Part shown: positions 27,950 to 40,543 of the stretch, in pieces
Layout of the letters: every line of letters begins with the position of its first letter
Position numbering within the stretch: position 1 is the stretch's first letter
Assembly: GCA_964603095.1 (NCBI GenBank)
Contig: CAZRTR010000001.1
Span: 8,723 to 72,722 of the forward strand
Source: an uncultured Planctomycetia bacterium
Lineage (GTDB): Bacteria; Omnitrophota; Gorgyraeia; 1-14-0-20-64-10
DNA length: 64,000 nucleotides
Direction of reading: 5' to 3'
Program-made: the position numbers and the translations under genes
The notes under the pieces: model-generated
Databases searched by the model: none
Told to the model about the DNA's origin: nothing
The model's input: the letters and a program-made list of their open reading frames with translations, nothing else

Positions 27950-28926
27950 GCTTCTTTCCCGTACCGGATTCGCGGATCGGCGAAGGCGTAGCAAAGGTCG
28001 GCCAGGAGGTTTCCCAGCATTGTCAGGGCAGCCCCCAGGACCAGCATCCCCATCACGATCGGATAATCGCGGGCCATCACCGAGTCGAAGAAGAGCCGCC
28101 CCATCCCCGGAATGGCGAAGATCGACTCGAAGATCACCGACCCCCCCAGCAAGCCGGGGATCGACAGCCCGAGCAGGGTGATGACCGGAAGCAGGGCGTT
28201 GCGCAGGGCGTGTCGGTACAGGACCGCCTTCTCGGTGAGACCCTTGGCCCGGGCGGTCCGGATGTAATCTTGGCTAAGCGCTTCCAGCATCTGGGCCCGC
28301 ACGTACCGGGAGAGACCGGCCAGCTCCCCGAAGACGGCCACCCCGATTGGCAACATCAGGTGTTTGCCCAGATCGAGGAGCCGAGGGAGGAACGGAAGGT
28401 GGTCTGCTTCCAGGGAATGGAGCCCGGAGACCGGGAGCCACCCGAGCCGGACGCCGAAGAGGTCGAGAGCCAGCAGGGCAACCCAGAAGGTGGGCAGGGC
28501 GTATCCGATGAAGACAAAGAGGGTCACCCCCTGATCGAATCGGGTCCCTTCCCTGGCCGCGGTGGAGACCCCTAAGGGAATGGTGATCGCCAGGATCAAC
28601 AGAAGTGACAGCCCATTGATCGACAGGGTGATCGGGATCCGTTCCAGGATCTTCCGGGTGACCGGCCGCCCGTCCCTGAAGGAGCGACCGAAGTCGCCGC
28701 GCAGGACCCGCTGGACCCAGCGGAGATACTGTTCATGCAAGGGGCGATCCAGCCCGTACATCCTGACCAGCTGCTCCTTCGCCTGAAGGGAGATCTTGAT
28801 GTTCAAGTCGGTGATGACGTCGGTCGGCTTGCCCGGAGCCAGGTGCATCACGCCGAAACAGACGACCGTGATCCCGAGGAAGGTCGGCAGCAGCCCCAGC
28901 AACCGTTGAAGGAGAAAGCGAAGCAT
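27946..28926 (-). CDS. oppB: ABC transporter permease (OppB/DppB-like)
   Basis: MLRFLLQRLLGLLPTFLGITVVCF... with a conserved EAA loop (ARAKGLTEKAVLYRHALRNAL). Confidence 0.85.
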   Translation of the reverse strand: MLRFLLQRLLGLLPTFLGITVVCFGVMHLAPGKPTDVITDLNIKISLQAKEQLVRMYGLDRPLHEQYLRWVQRVLRGDFGRSFRDGRPVTRKILERIPITLSINGLSLLLILAITIPLGVSTAAREGTRFDQGVTLFVFIGYALPTFWVALLALDLFGVRLGWLPVSGLHSLEADHLPFLPRLLDLGKHLMLPIGVAVFGELAGLSRYVRAQMLEALSQDYIRTARAKGLTEKAVLYRHALRNALLPVITLLGLSIPGLLGGSVIFESIFAIPGMGRLFFDSVMARDYPIVMGMLVLGAALTMLGNLLADLCYAFADPRIRYGKEA

Positions 28927-28931
28927 CCCTT

Positions 28932-30530
28932 TTAGTCCAGCCGGTAGCGCTGTTTCGAGCCCGGGACGTACCAGTGGAGCATCTCCCCCAGGCCCCAAGG
29001 GGTGATCTCCACCTGCTCGAACCGGCGGTGAAGGGCCGGAAGGGCGTCTGGCACGAACAGGAAGCAGACCGGCTGTTCCTCGTACAGGATCCGGTGCAGC
29101 TCATGGTAGACCCTCGCCCGGATCTTCGGGTCGAAGTTCCGGCGGCCCTCGATCAAAAGCTCGTCCACCTTCGGATTGGAAAACCGGATGAAGTTGAACT
29201 CCCCCTCCCCGGTTTTGGAGGAGTGCCAGATGTCGTAAGGATCCGGCTCCCGGGAAAGGCCCCACCCCAGGAGGATCGCGTCGAACCTGCGCTGGTCGAT
29301 GAACTGGTGTAGGAGGGCCGACCATTCCAGGATCCAGATCTTGACCCGGATCCCCACCTCCTGGAGCCGGCGCTGGATGATCTGAGCGGTCAGCTCCCGG
29401 GTCAGATTCCCTTGGTTGGTCAGCAGGGTGAACTCGAAACGAGTTCCTCCCTTCTCGATCACCCCGTCCCCGTCGGTGTCCCGCCAACCGGCGGATTGGA
29501 GAAGGGCCCGTGCCTGTTCCGGGGAGAAGGGGGCCGGCTTGACCTCCGGGTTGAAGGCCCACGATTCCGGCGGGAAGGGGCCGGTCGCCTCCACCCCCAA
29601 TCCCATCAGGACCCCTCGGATGATCTCGGGCTTGTCGATCGCCAGGTTGATCGCCCGGCGGACCCGGATGTCCTGGAACTTCGGGTCTTTCAGGTTGAAG
29701 CCGAGGTAGGTGTAGCCGAGCGAGGGATAGCGGAATTTCCGGAAGGCGTTTCGAAAACGGGGGGTTTCGGTCATCCGCTGGAATTGGAGCGGGGTCAAGC
29801 CGGTCTCATCCACCCCCTGGGCCTGGAGCTCCAGGAAGATCGTCGCCTGGTCCGGGATGATCCGGGTGATCACCCGGTTCAGATACGGCCTGCCTTCAAA
29901 GTAGTCGGGGTTGGCCTTCATCTCCACCCGATCAGACCGGATCCACCGGTGAAAGCGAAACGGCCCGGTTCCGATCGGCCGTTCACGAAACGGTGTCGTC
30001 GTCAGATCCTGATCTTGAAGGAGATGCTTGGGAAGGATCTTCATTCCCCAGGATGCTAAACCCGGGGCGAACGGCTCCTTGTACCGGACCCGGACCGTGT
30101 GGGGATCCAACACCTCCAGCGAGGCGATCCGTTCAAAGTCGCCCCGATACGGGGTGGGGACGAGGGGATCGATCAAACGCTGGTAGGTGAATTCCACGTC
30201 CTCGGCGGTGAATGGGGCCCCGTCATGCCAGAGGACCCCCTTCTTGAGGAAGAAGAGGATCGTCAGGCCCTCATCCCGGATCTCCCATCGGTCGGCCAGA
30301 TCCCCGATCAGCTGGAGGTCCCGGTCATACTTGACTAGCCCGTTGAAGATCAGATCGCAGATGCCGGCGGAGGCGCTGTCGGAGGCCAGGATCGGAACGA
30401 GGGTGCTGACGTCTCCGATCGAGGCGCTGACGAGGATGTCCCCGATGACCGGGACTTGGATTTCTTCTTCAGCGTGCGCGCAGGTTAAAGATCCAACGAG
30501 GAGGAGAAACACCCATCCGCCGTTCGCCCT
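28932..30530 (-). CDS. oppA: ABC transporter substrate-binding protein, family 5 (OppA/DppA/NikA-like)
   Basis: SBP_bac_5 architecture with a signal peptide WVFLLLVGSLTCAHA. The true start is uncertain because the annotated N-terminus is encoded by a repeat copy. Confidence 0.8.
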   Translation of the reverse strand, partial: RANGGWVFLLLVGSLTCAHAEEEIQVPVIGDILVSASIGDVSTLVPILASDSASAGICDLIFNGLVKYDRDLQLIGDLADRWEIRDEGLTILFFLKKGVLWHDGAPFTAEDVEFTYQRLIDPLVPTPYRGDFERIASLEVLDPHTVRVRYKEPFAPGLASWGMKILPKHLLQDQDLTTTPFRERPIGTGPFRFHRWIRSDRVEMKANPDYFEGRPYLNRVITRIIPDQATIFLELQAQGVDETGLTPLQFQRMTETPRFRNAFRKFRYPSLGYTYLGFNLKDPKFQDIRVRRAINLAIDKPEIIRGVLMGLGVEATGPFPPESWAFNPEVKPAPFSPEQARALLQSAGWRDTDGDGVIEKGGTRFEFTLLTNQGNLTRELTAQIIQRRLQEVGIRVKIWILEWSALLHQFIDQRRFDAILLGWGLSREPDPYDIWHSSKTGEGEFNFIRFSNPKVDELLIEGRRNFDPKIRARVYHELHRILYEEQPVCFLFVPDALPALHRRFEQVEITPWGLGEMLHWYVPGSKQRYRLD

Positions 30531-30585
30531 GAGCTTGTCGAAGGGCGAAACCGTTCGTGGTTCGACAGGCTCACCACGAACGGCC
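30519..30585. repeat. REP-like palindromic repeat, family 1 (copy E)
   Basis: ccgttcgccctgagcttgtcgaagggcgaaaccg followed by ggttcgacaggctcaccacgaacc lies at the secG/oppA junction. Confidence 0.6.
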
Positions 30586-30598
30586 TGAAAGAGCGACA

Positions 30599-30955
30599 TT
30601 ACGGCTGTTCGCTGGTAGACGTTCCTTCCATGGACGGCAGATCGGCCGGCTCGACGACCGGGGCCTCTGGGGTCGGAGCGGTCGATTCGGCGGGGGCCGG
30701 AATCTTCTCAACCAGAGAGCGGCCCCGTTGAACCGAAAGGACGGCCAGCCCCACGGAGGTCAGCATGAAGATCGCGGCGCAGGCGGTGGTGGCCCGGGTC
30801 AAGTAGACGGTTCCCCGGGTTCCCAGGATCGACTGGGCCGCCCCGCCCCCGAAGCTGTCGGCCAGTCCCCCGCCCCGCCCGGCCTGGAGCAGGATGACGG
30901 CGATCAGCATGAAGCAGACGAACAGATGGATGACCAGCGCTACCCCGTACAGCAT
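30599..30955 (-). CDS. secG: preprotein translocase subunit SecG
   Basis: MLYGVALVIHLFVCFMLIAVILLQAGRGGGLADSFGG matches the SecG family. The start is trimmed from a 183-aa ORF. Confidence 0.8.
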   Translation of the reverse strand: MLYGVALVIHLFVCFMLIAVILLQAGRGGGLADSFGGGAAQSILGTRGTVYLTRATTACAAIFMLTSVGLAVLSVQRGRSLVEKIPAPAESTAPTPEAPVVEPADLPSMEGTSTSEQP

Positions 30956-31731
30956 CGATCTCCCTTTGTCTGTCGGGCCGATTCGATGATCGAGAGAAAA
31001 TCTTTCGCCTTCAAGCTGGCCCCTCCCACCAGGAAGCCGTCGATATCCGGTTGGGTGGAAAGCTCCGCGGCGTTCTCCGGCTTGACCGATCCGCCGTACT
31101 GGATTCGGATCGATTCGGCGCCGCTTCGGCCGATCTGGCCCGCGAGCCAAGATCGGATCTGGGCATGGATCTCCTCGGCTTGGAGAGGGGTGGCGTTTAA
31201 GCCGGTTCCGATCGCCCAGACCGGTTCGTAGGCGATCACCAGCTGGGTCGCCATCCGGACCGGCTCCAGCCCCTGCAGGGCGGTCTGAAGTTGGCCTTCA
31301 ACGACGGCCCAGGGTCGACCCGCCTGGCGCTGTTCCAGTGTCTCACCGACGCAGAGGATCATCGTCAACCCATGGTCGATTCCGGCCCGGAGCTTCCTCT
31401 GCACCTCCGAGTCGGTCTCCTTCAGGAGTTGCCGGCGTTCCGAGTGCCCCACGATGCAGAAGCTGCAGCCGACATCCTTCAATTGTACCGGAGAAACCTC
31501 CCCGGTGTAAGCCCCTTTGGGCTGCCAGTAAAGATCCTGCGCCCCCAAGGAGACCTTGGTTCCTTTGAGAGCATCCCCCACCTTGGCGAGAGCGGTGAAG
31601 GGTGGGCAAAGGACAATATCTAAATCGGAGGTCTGTGCGGCAGCTCGAAGAATCTCTTGGGTCAATGCTGTGGCTTCCCGCAACGTACCGTTCATCTTCC
31701 AATTCCCAGCGATGATCAGACGTCTAGTCAT
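30940..31731 (-). CDS. tpiA: triosephosphate isomerase
   Basis: IAGNWKMNGT, AYEPVWAIGTG, GGSV. The start is trimmed to MTRRLIIAGNWK. Confidence 0.9.
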   Translation of the reverse strand: MTRRLIIAGNWKMNGTLREATALTQEILRAAAQTSDLDIVLCPPFTALAKVGDALKGTKVSLGAQDLYWQPKGAYTGEVSPVQLKDVGCSFCIVGHSERRQLLKETDSEVQRKLRAGIDHGLTMILCVGETLEQRQAGRPWAVVEGQLQTALQGLEPVRMATQLVIAYEPVWAIGTGLNATPLQAEEIHAQIRSWLAGQIGRSGAESIRIQYGGSVKPENAAELSTQPDIDGFLVGGASLKAKDFLSIIESARQTKGDRCCTG

Positions 31732-31732
31732 C

Positions 31733-32917
31733 TCAAGCAGACGATGGACGAACCAGCGCCGCCACACCGGGAAGGGCTCTTCCTTCCAGATACTCGAGAC
31801 TGGCCCCTCCCCCTGTCGACACATGGGTCATCCGGCTCGCCAGCCCGAACTGGGTTAGAGCTGCGGAGGTGTCTCCTCCTCCCACCACGGTGACGGCTCC
31901 GGAGCCGGCCACCGCCTCGGCGATCGCCCTCGTTCCGGCGGAGAAGCGCTCGATCTCGAAGACCCCCAGCGGCCCGTTCCAGAGGATCGTCTTGGCTTTC
32001 TGGAGATGCTGTTTGAAGGCGGCCACCGTCTTAGGGCCGATGTCGACCCCTTCCCATCCCTCCGGCACTCCCGGCTTCTCGGTGGCTCGGAACGAGGCGT
32101 CCGGCGCCACCTTCGTGGCGATCACATGATCCAAGGGGAGGTGAAGCGTGACGCCCCGTTGTTTCGCCTTGGTCAGGATCCCCTTGGCCGTCTCCAGGTG
32201 CCCCCTCTCCACCGGCGAGTTCCCCACCCCGATTCCTTGGGAGAGGAAGAAGGTGTACTGCATCCCTCCGCCGATCAGGATTCCGTCCACCTTGTCGATC
32301 AGGTTGTCGATCAGTTTGATCTTGTCGGAGACCTTGGCCCCTCCCAGGATCAGCCAATAAGGGTGAGCCGGCTGGCGCATGACCCGGTCCAGGGACTCCA
32401 GCTCCTTCTCCATCAGGAACCCGGCCCCGGCGGGGAGGAGTTGGGCCACCCCGACGGTCGATGCGTGGGCCCGGTGGGCGGTCCCGAAGGCGTCGTTGAT
32501 GTACAGGTCGCCCATCCTGGCCAACGCCTTGGAGAATCCAGGGTCGTTTTTCTCCTCCTCCGGATGGAACCGGAGATTCTCCAGCAGGAGGATATCCCCC
32601 GGCTTCATCCGTGACACCTGCCGCTCCACCTCCGGTCCGATGCAGTCGGGGGCGGATGCCACGGGCCTGCCGATCAGGATGCTTAAGGCCTCGGCGACCG
32701 GCTGCATCCGGAGCTCCGGCGCAACTTTCCCGTCCGGCCGGCCTAGATGGCTCATCAGGATCACCTTGGCGTTGTGCTCCAGGGCGTACCGGATCGTCGG
32801 AAGGGCCGCTTCGATCCGGGTTAGATCGGTCACCTTCCCTCCGTTGATCGGCACGTTGAAATCGACCCGGATCAGGACCCGGCGCTTGTCCAGATCCAGA
32901 TCCCTGATCGTGGGCAA
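31733..32917 (-). CDS. pgk: phosphoglycerate kinase
   Basis: ...PTIRDLDLDKRRVLIRVDFNVP..., GGGASLE. A probable TTG start just downstream of a repeat copy. Confidence 0.88.
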   Translation of the reverse strand: MPTIRDLDLDKRRVLIRVDFNVPINGGKVTDLTRIEAALPTIRYALEHNAKVILMSHLGRPDGKVAPELRMQPVAEALSILIGRPVASAPDCIGPEVERQVSRMKPGDILLLENLRFHPEEEKNDPGFSKALARMGDLYINDAFGTAHRAHASTVGVAQLLPAGAGFLMEKELESLDRVMRQPAHPYWLILGGAKVSDKIKLIDNLIDKVDGILIGGGMQYTFFLSQGIGVGNSPVERGHLETAKGILTKAKQRGVTLHLPLDHVIATKVAPDASFRATEKPGVPEGWEGVDIGPKTVAAFKQHLQKAKTILWNGPLGVFEIERFSAGTRAIAEAVAGSGAVTVVGGGDTSAALTQFGLASRMTHVSTGGGASLEYLEGRALPGVAALVRPSSA

Positions 32918-32940
32918 GCTACCCCGTTCGCCCTGGGCAT

Positions 32941-35020
<2,080 letters not shown>

Positions 35021-35028
<8 letters not shown>

Positions 35029-36082
35029 CTTCCACCCCTTTGCCCACCTCCACCGGAACCTCCGCCTCCCGGAGGAACTTGGCCGCCTCTTCCGGCGAGG
35101 TGGGATTGATGTAGAACCCGGATCCCCACTCGAACCCGGCCACGCGGGTCAGGCGGGGCATGATCTCGATGTGCCAATGGAAATCCTGATCGATGGTGCG
35201 CCAGTAGCCGGCCCTCGGCCGCCGGAACGGGGCGGTGTGCAGGATCGTGTTGTAGGGAGGATCGTCCAGGACCCGGCACAGCTTGGAGAGGGAGGTCTTC
35301 AGTATCCTGGCCAGATCGGCCCGGTGGGGAGGGGCCAAGTGGGCGAAGTCGGCCGAATGTTCCTTCGGCAAGAGCCACAGCTCGAACGGGAACCGGGAGG
35401 CGAAGGGAGCCAGCGCCACAAAATGGGTCGTCTCCACCGCGATCCGCTGTTGGGACTCCATCTCCTGGTGGAGGATGTCGCAGAAGATGCACCGCTCCTT
35501 CAGGTCGAAGTAGCTCCGGGCCCCATAGAGCTCATCCTTGACCCGGATCGGGTTGACCGGCAGCGCAATCAGCTGCGATCGGCTGTGCCGGGAGATCCCT
35601 CCTCCAGCCGCCTCCCCCTGGTTCTTGAAAAGGAGCACGTACTTAAACCGAGGATCCTTCTCCAGATCGGTGATCCTCATCTGATACATCTCCAGGACCC
35701 GGGAGATCTGCTCCTCACTCAACTGCCAAAGGGAAGCCAGATGCTGGGGGGTTTCGATGATCCGCTCGTGGGCCCCCGTTCCGGTCGCCACGTCGTAGAT
35801 CCCCCGGGCCCGGTGCTCCAACTTCCCTTCGATCCGCAAGATCGGAGAGATCGAGGGAATCGTCCGGACCAGCCACCCCGGCCCGTTGGGGGGGGAACCG
35901 GGCGGGCGGATCGCCATGATCTCCGGAGGGGTCTTCCCCTCATGCCCCTCGCAGAAGGGGCAGTCCGGCTGGGGATCGTTAGAGGAGCGGCTTAAAGGCA
36001 GGAACTCATCCGGCCGCTTGGCCCGTTCCGTGGAGATGATGACCCACCGCCCTACAATCGGGTCTTTTCGTAGCTCAGGCAT
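35021..36082 (-). CDS. GalT-like HIT-family protein (paralog 2, degenerate active site)
   Basis: Collinear with paralog 1 (CPFCEGHE zinc site), but the HxHxQ motif is replaced by RHSRSQ. Confidence 0.7.
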
Positions 36083-36090
36083 AAAGGGGT

Positions 36091-36118
36091 ATTATACCGG
36101 GGCTTCTCCTCGATGACA
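36091..36118 (-). promoter_or_regulatory. sigma70-type promoter giving a near-leaderless transcript of GalT-like paralog 2
   Basis: On the minus strand: TTGTCA, a 17-nt spacer, TATAAT, then acccctttATG. Confidence 0.45.
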
Positions 36119-36301
36119 ACGGTTCACCCCGCCCCTCCGGTTCCTGCGCCGTCGCTTGACGCAGCATGAAGAGAGAACCCGACGGCGCCTTTGCCGAGCG
36201 TCCGCTCGGCAAAGGGACCCCACACCTTTGCTCCGTTATCGTGGGTGGGGCCGTGCGAACATCGGTGATTACCGGAGTATGGCAAAACCAAAGGTGTGGG
36301 G

Positions 36302-37291
36302 TCATGGAACCGGAGGGGCGGGGCCCATCCGAGCACCGGGGAGAATCGGGTGGCCGCGGAGGAAGTCGGCGCTGGCCATCTCCTTGCCCCCCTCCAGTTG
36401 GAGGCGGTCGATTCGAAGCTGGCCCCCTCCGGTCTGGACCCAGAGCCCCTGCTTGGGGTCCGCCAGGACCACCGTTCCAGGGGGCGCCTTCGAGTCGTGG
36501 CGGTTCGGATCAGGATGGGAGGCCATGATCTTGAGGAGTCGTCCTTCCCAGCGGATCATCGCCCCTGGCCAGGGCTGGACTCCCCGGATCCGGTTGTGAA
36601 TCTCCTGACATCCTCGGCTCCAGTCGATCCACCCGTCCTCTTTGGTCAGGCGCGGAGCGTAGTCGGCGAGCGCATCTTCCTGGGGCTGAGAATGGGTCTG
36701 CCCCCCTTCGATCTGGTCAACCGCCTTCAGGAGCGCCTGTGCCCCGAGCCGGCTTAACGCCCCCTCGAGGGTCTGGGCGGTCTCCTCCGGACCGATCGGA
36801 TGACGTTGCTGAAGGAGGATCGGGCCATGGTCCAACCGCTCATCGATATGGAAGATGGTGACCCCGGTCTCGGTCTCTCCCCGGATCAAGGCCCATTGGA
36901 TGGGTGCCGCGCCCCTCAGCTTCGGGAGAAGGGAGGCGTGAAGGTTGATCGCTCCCCGAGGAAACAGCTGGAGCAACGAGGGAGGGAGAAGCCGGCCATA
37001 GGAGACGACGACGGCCAGTTCCGGTTTCAGCGATCGGACCTTCTCCAGGAAGTCATACTCCGCAAGGTCGGTCGGCTGAAGGATCGGACTCTTTAAATCC
37101 CGCGCGGCCTCTTTGACGGTGAGGGCCGTCCCCCCGCCGGGCGGCGAAACCTCCTCCCGCAACCGCAGGCCGCGGCCCATCGGACGGTCCGGCTGGGTCA
37201 CAATGCCGACCACCGAATGGGGACTCCGGAGCAACGCTTGCAGAATGGCAACGGCGAAGGCCGGGGTTCCAAAGAAGAGGATTCGCATCAC
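36302..37291 (-). CDS. fmt: methionyl-tRNA formyltransferase
   Basis: MMRILFFGTPAFAV... with the formyltransferase N domain (HASLLPKLRGAAPIQ) and C domain. Confidence 0.9.
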   Translation of the reverse strand: MMRILFFGTPAFAVAILQALLRSPHSVVGIVTQPDRPMGRGLRLREEVSPPGGGTALTVKEAARDLKSPILQPTDLAEYDFLEKVRSLKPELAVVVSYGRLLPPSLLQLFPRGAINLHASLLPKLRGAAPIQWALIRGETETGVTIFHIDERLDHGPILLQQRHPIGPEETAQTLEGALSRLGAQALLKAVDQIEGGQTHSQPQEDALADYAPRLTKEDGWIDWSRGCQEIHNRIRGVQPWPGAMIRWEGRLLKIMASHPDPNRHDSKAPPGTVVLADPKQGLWVQTGGGQLRIDRLQLEGGKEMASADFLRGHPILPGARMGPAPPVP

Positions 37292-37803
37292 TAGACTTGG
37301 ACCTGCTGAAGCGTTCGGGCGAGGCCCCGGTATTTCCGCAAGAGCCGACGGCGCTGAAGGAACCGGAGCCGCTCCAGGAAGAGGCGCCCTCTCAGGTGGT
37401 CGATCTCATGCTGAAAGATCTTGGCCAACAGCCCCTCCGCCTCCAGGGTGACCGGCTGGAACTGGCGGTTCAAGCCCCTGACGGTGACACGGGCCGCCCG
37501 GACAACATCGGCGGAGACTCCCGGCACCGAGAGGCATCCTTCCGGCGATCGGGATCTGCCCTTCCGTTTCACCAGAGTCGCATTGATCAGGATCAGCTCT
37601 TTCCCCCGCTTTCCGTCGGGGCTGGCCACCAGGATCGCCCAGGGGGATCCGACCTGGTTGGCCGCCAGCCCCACCCCTTCGGCCGCGTGCATCGTCTCGA
37701 TCATCGAATCGATCAGAGCTTGGATTTGCGTCGTGTCCTGGGGCGCAGAGACGGCCTTTCGGTGCAAGAGCGGATTCGGCTCTTTTACAATGGGAATGAT
37801 CAT
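37291..37803 (-). CDS. def: peptide deformylase
   Basis: GVGLAANQVG, EGCLSVPG and HEIDHL motifs. Confidence 0.9.
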   Translation of the reverse strand: MIIPIVKEPNPLLHRKAVSAPQDTTQIQALIDSMIETMHAAEGVGLAANQVGSPWAILVASPDGKRGKELILINATLVKRKGRSRSPEGCLSVPGVSADVVRAARVTVRGLNRQFQPVTLEAEGLLAKIFQHEIDHLRGRLFLERLRFLQRRRLLRKYRGLARTLQQVQV

Positions 37804-39803
37804 AACGGATCCACGTCGATCGCCATGGCGCATCCTTTGGGAAGCCGGGACTTCTTCAAGAGTCGGGTCGCCAGATTCTCCGGGATCTGATCCAGCGTCG
37901 GGGATTTCAGCAGGATCTGCCAGCGAACGCTGCGCCGCAGCCGGTAGGGATTGGCCGGCGCCGGTCCCAGGATCTCGATCGAGGGGGGGAGCTGCTGGCG
38001 GCAGGCCCGGGCGATCCGATCGGCCGCCTCGAACGAGGATCCCTCCCGAAGGGAGCGGACCGTCAAGCGCACCAACCGGGAGAAGGGGGGCAGCCCCAGC
38101 TCCTTCCGGATCGCCGTCTCCTGGGCGTAGAAGCCGATGTAATCGTGCCGGCTGGCCGCCTGGATCGCGTAATGATGGGGGGCGTAGGTCTGGATGATCA
38201 CTCGCCCGGGAAGCGCCCCCCGCCCCGCCCTTCCCGCCACCTGAGTTAAGAGCTGGAACGTCCGCTCCGCCGAGCGGAAGTCGGGCAGGTTCAAGGCGGT
38301 GTCGGCCGAGATCACCCCGACCAAGGTGACTCGGGGAAAGTCCAGCCCCTTGGCGACCATCTGCGTCCCGATGAGAAAGTCGATCTTATGCTCCTGGAAG
38401 TCGCCCAGGATTCTGGCGTGGGAGCCCCGGACTGAAGTCGCGTCGGTGTCCATCCGGGCGATGGAGGCCTGGGGGAAGATGCGGGCCAGCTCGCTCTCGA
38501 CCCGCTCCGTTCCCAGGCCCTGGAATCGGACATAGTCCGACCGGCACTGGGGGCAGATCTCCGGCGGTTCGGTCTTGGCGTGGCAAGTGTGGCAGATCAT
38601 CTGGCGGCTGGCGATGTGATAGGTGAGGGAGACCCGGCAGGATTTGCACCGGAGCAAGAAGCCGCATTTCCGGCACTGGACGATGGTGGAGAATCCGCGC
38701 CGGTTCAGGAACAGGATCGCCTGCTGGCGCTGGCTTAAGGTTTCCGCGAGGGCCTCCTCCAGGGTGCGGGAAAAGATCCGCCCCCGCCTGCCGCGGCCCA
38801 GCTCCTGCCGCATGTCGATCACCTCCACCTGGGGAAGAGGGACCTGATCGATCCGCTCGCTTAAGGTAAGCAGCCGGTAGGCGCCGGTCTTCGCCCGGGT
38901 GAAGCTCTCCAACGAAGGGGTGGCGCTTCCCAGGATCACCGGGGCGCGGGCCAGCTCACCCCGGTGGATCGCCACCTCCCGGGCGTGGTAGCGGGGCGAA
39001 TCCTCCTGTTTGTACGACGTCTCCTGCTCCTCATCCACCACGATCAGCCCCAACTCCCGCAACGGGGCGAAGATGGCGGAGCGGGCCCCCACCACCACCT
39101 GAACCTCGCCGGATCGGATCCGGCGCCATTCCTTCAAGCGTTGACTCTCCAGCAGGGCGCTGTGGAGGATCGCCACCCTTTTTTGTCCGAAACGGCCCTT
39201 GAACCGTTCCACCGTCTGCGGGGTGAGGGAGATCTCAGGGACCAGCACGATGCTCCCCCTGCCTTGGTCGACCACCCCCTGGATCGCCTGCAGGTAAACC
39301 TCCGTCTTTCCGCTGCCGGTGATGCCGTGGAGGAGGAAGACCTGATGCCGGTGGGTCTCGACGGCTTGGAGGATGGCGCCCACGGCCCGCCGCTGCTCCT
39401 CCGTCAAGGAGAGAGCAACGGTCGGGGGGAACTCCTGCGGCGGCTCTTCGACCCGGGGCTCCATGGCGGTTTTCCCCCGCCGCAACGGCCCCGGCAGGGC
39501 CGTCTGGATTGCCTCGCCCCAGGAGCATTGGGTGGTCTTGGCCATCCATCGGGTGAGTGTCAGAATCTCCGGTTCCAGGATCGGCTGCTCATCCACCACC
39601 TGTTCGATCGCCCGGACCCGCGGGACATCCGATTTGTCCACGAGCCCGACGACAAACCCCAGGAGCTGCCGATTCCGAAAAGGGACCCAGATCCTTTTTC
39701 CCACCGCGGTCTTGCCTTTAAGCCGGCTCGGGATCCGGTAATGGAAAGTGGTGGGCACCGGCAGCCCGACCGCCACCTCGGCGTAGCCGGGGGACGGGAT
39801 CAC
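37800..39803 (-). CDS. priA: primosomal protein N' (replication restart helicase)
   Basis: DEAD-like helicase motifs (GSGKTEVY, DEEQE), the Cys-rich zinc-binding region (CRKCGFLLRCKSCRVSL...CHTC) and a C-terminal domain. Confidence 0.88.
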   Translation of the reverse strand: MIPSPGYAEVAVGLPVPTTFHYRIPSRLKGKTAVGKRIWVPFRNRQLLGFVVGLVDKSDVPRVRAIEQVVDEQPILEPEILTLTRWMAKTTQCSWGEAIQTALPGPLRRGKTAMEPRVEEPPQEFPPTVALSLTEEQRRAVGAILQAVETHRHQVFLLHGITGSGKTEVYLQAIQGVVDQGRGSIVLVPEISLTPQTVERFKGRFGQKRVAILHSALLESQRLKEWRRIRSGEVQVVVGARSAIFAPLRELGLIVVDEEQETSYKQEDSPRYHAREVAIHRGELARAPVILGSATPSLESFTRAKTGAYRLLTLSERIDQVPLPQVEVIDMRQELGRGRRGRIFSRTLEEALAETLSQRQQAILFLNRRGFSTIVQCRKCGFLLRCKSCRVSLTYHIASRQMICHTCHAKTEPPEICPQCRSDYVRFQGLGTERVESELARIFPQASIARMDTDATSVRGSHARILGDFQEHKIDFLIGTQMVAKGLDFPRVTLVGVISADTALNLPDFRSAERTFQLLTQVAGRAGRGALPGRVIIQTYAPHHYAIQAASRHDYIGFYAQETAIRKELGLPPFSRLVRLTVRSLREGSSFEAADRIARACRQQLPPSIEILGPAPANPYRLRRSVRWQILLKSPTLDQIPENLATRLLKKSRLPKGCAMAIDVDPL

Positions 39804-40543
39804 CGGAGAAGCTCCAGAACCCGCTGCATGTCGGCCCAGACGAGGGATTTGGCCGACGGATTGCGCAGCAGATAGGCCGGATGGAACGTCACGATCACCG
39901 GGATCTCTTTCCAGAGGAAGGTTTTCCCCCGCAGCCGGGCCATCGGTTGCTCCGTCTCCAGCAGGGTCGCGGCGGCCGTCCTCCCCAGAGCGCAGATCAC
40001 CTTGGGGCGGATCGTCTCGAGCTGGTTCTCAAGATAGCCGGAGCAGGCGGCCACCTCATCCGGCTCCGGAGGGCGGTTCATCGGAGGGCGGCATTTCACC
40101 ACATTGGTGATGTAGACCGATTCCCGGGTCAGTTTCATCGCCTGGATGATCTTCGTCAGGAGCGCCCCGGCCGCCCCCACAAAGGGACGTCCTTGTTCGT
40201 CTTCGTCCCTGCCCGGCCCTTCCCCCACGAAGACAAGAGCGGCATCCAATGCTCCCTCTCCGAAGACGACCCGGTGGCGGGTCTTATGCAGCCGGCATGC
40301 TCGGCATTGGAGAGCGCGCCGACGGATCGGTTCGAGCCGAACGGCCTTGGAGGGTGGGGGGTCCCGCTTCCGCTCGGAGGCGACGGAGGGAAGGTCCGAA
40401 ACCCCCTCCAGCGCCAGGGATTCGACCAGCCGACGGGTTTTCCGGACGAGAGAAGAGAGCTCCCTCCTCGAAGCTTCTCGGCCGCGAAGCGGCCCATCAA
40501 GGAATGTCCTGAGCGGAGCGAAGGGCCTTCGCTCAGATTCCAT
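39800..40543 (-). CDS. uracil-DNA glycosylase, family 4
   Basis: GEGPG...RPFVGAAG and a four-Cys Fe-S cluster pattern. It probably has a short N-terminal over-extension. Confidence 0.8.
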   Translation of the reverse strand: MESERRPFAPLRTFLDGPLRGREASRRELSSLVRKTRRLVESLALEGVSDLPSVASERKRDPPPSKAVRLEPIRRRALQCRACRLHKTRHRVVFGEGALDAALVFVGEGPGRDEDEQGRPFVGAAGALLTKIIQAMKLTRESVYITNVVKCRPPMNRPPEPDEVAACSGYLENQLETIRPKVICALGRTAAATLLETEQPMARLRGKTFLWKEIPVIVTFHPAYLLRNPSAKSLVWADMQRVLELLR

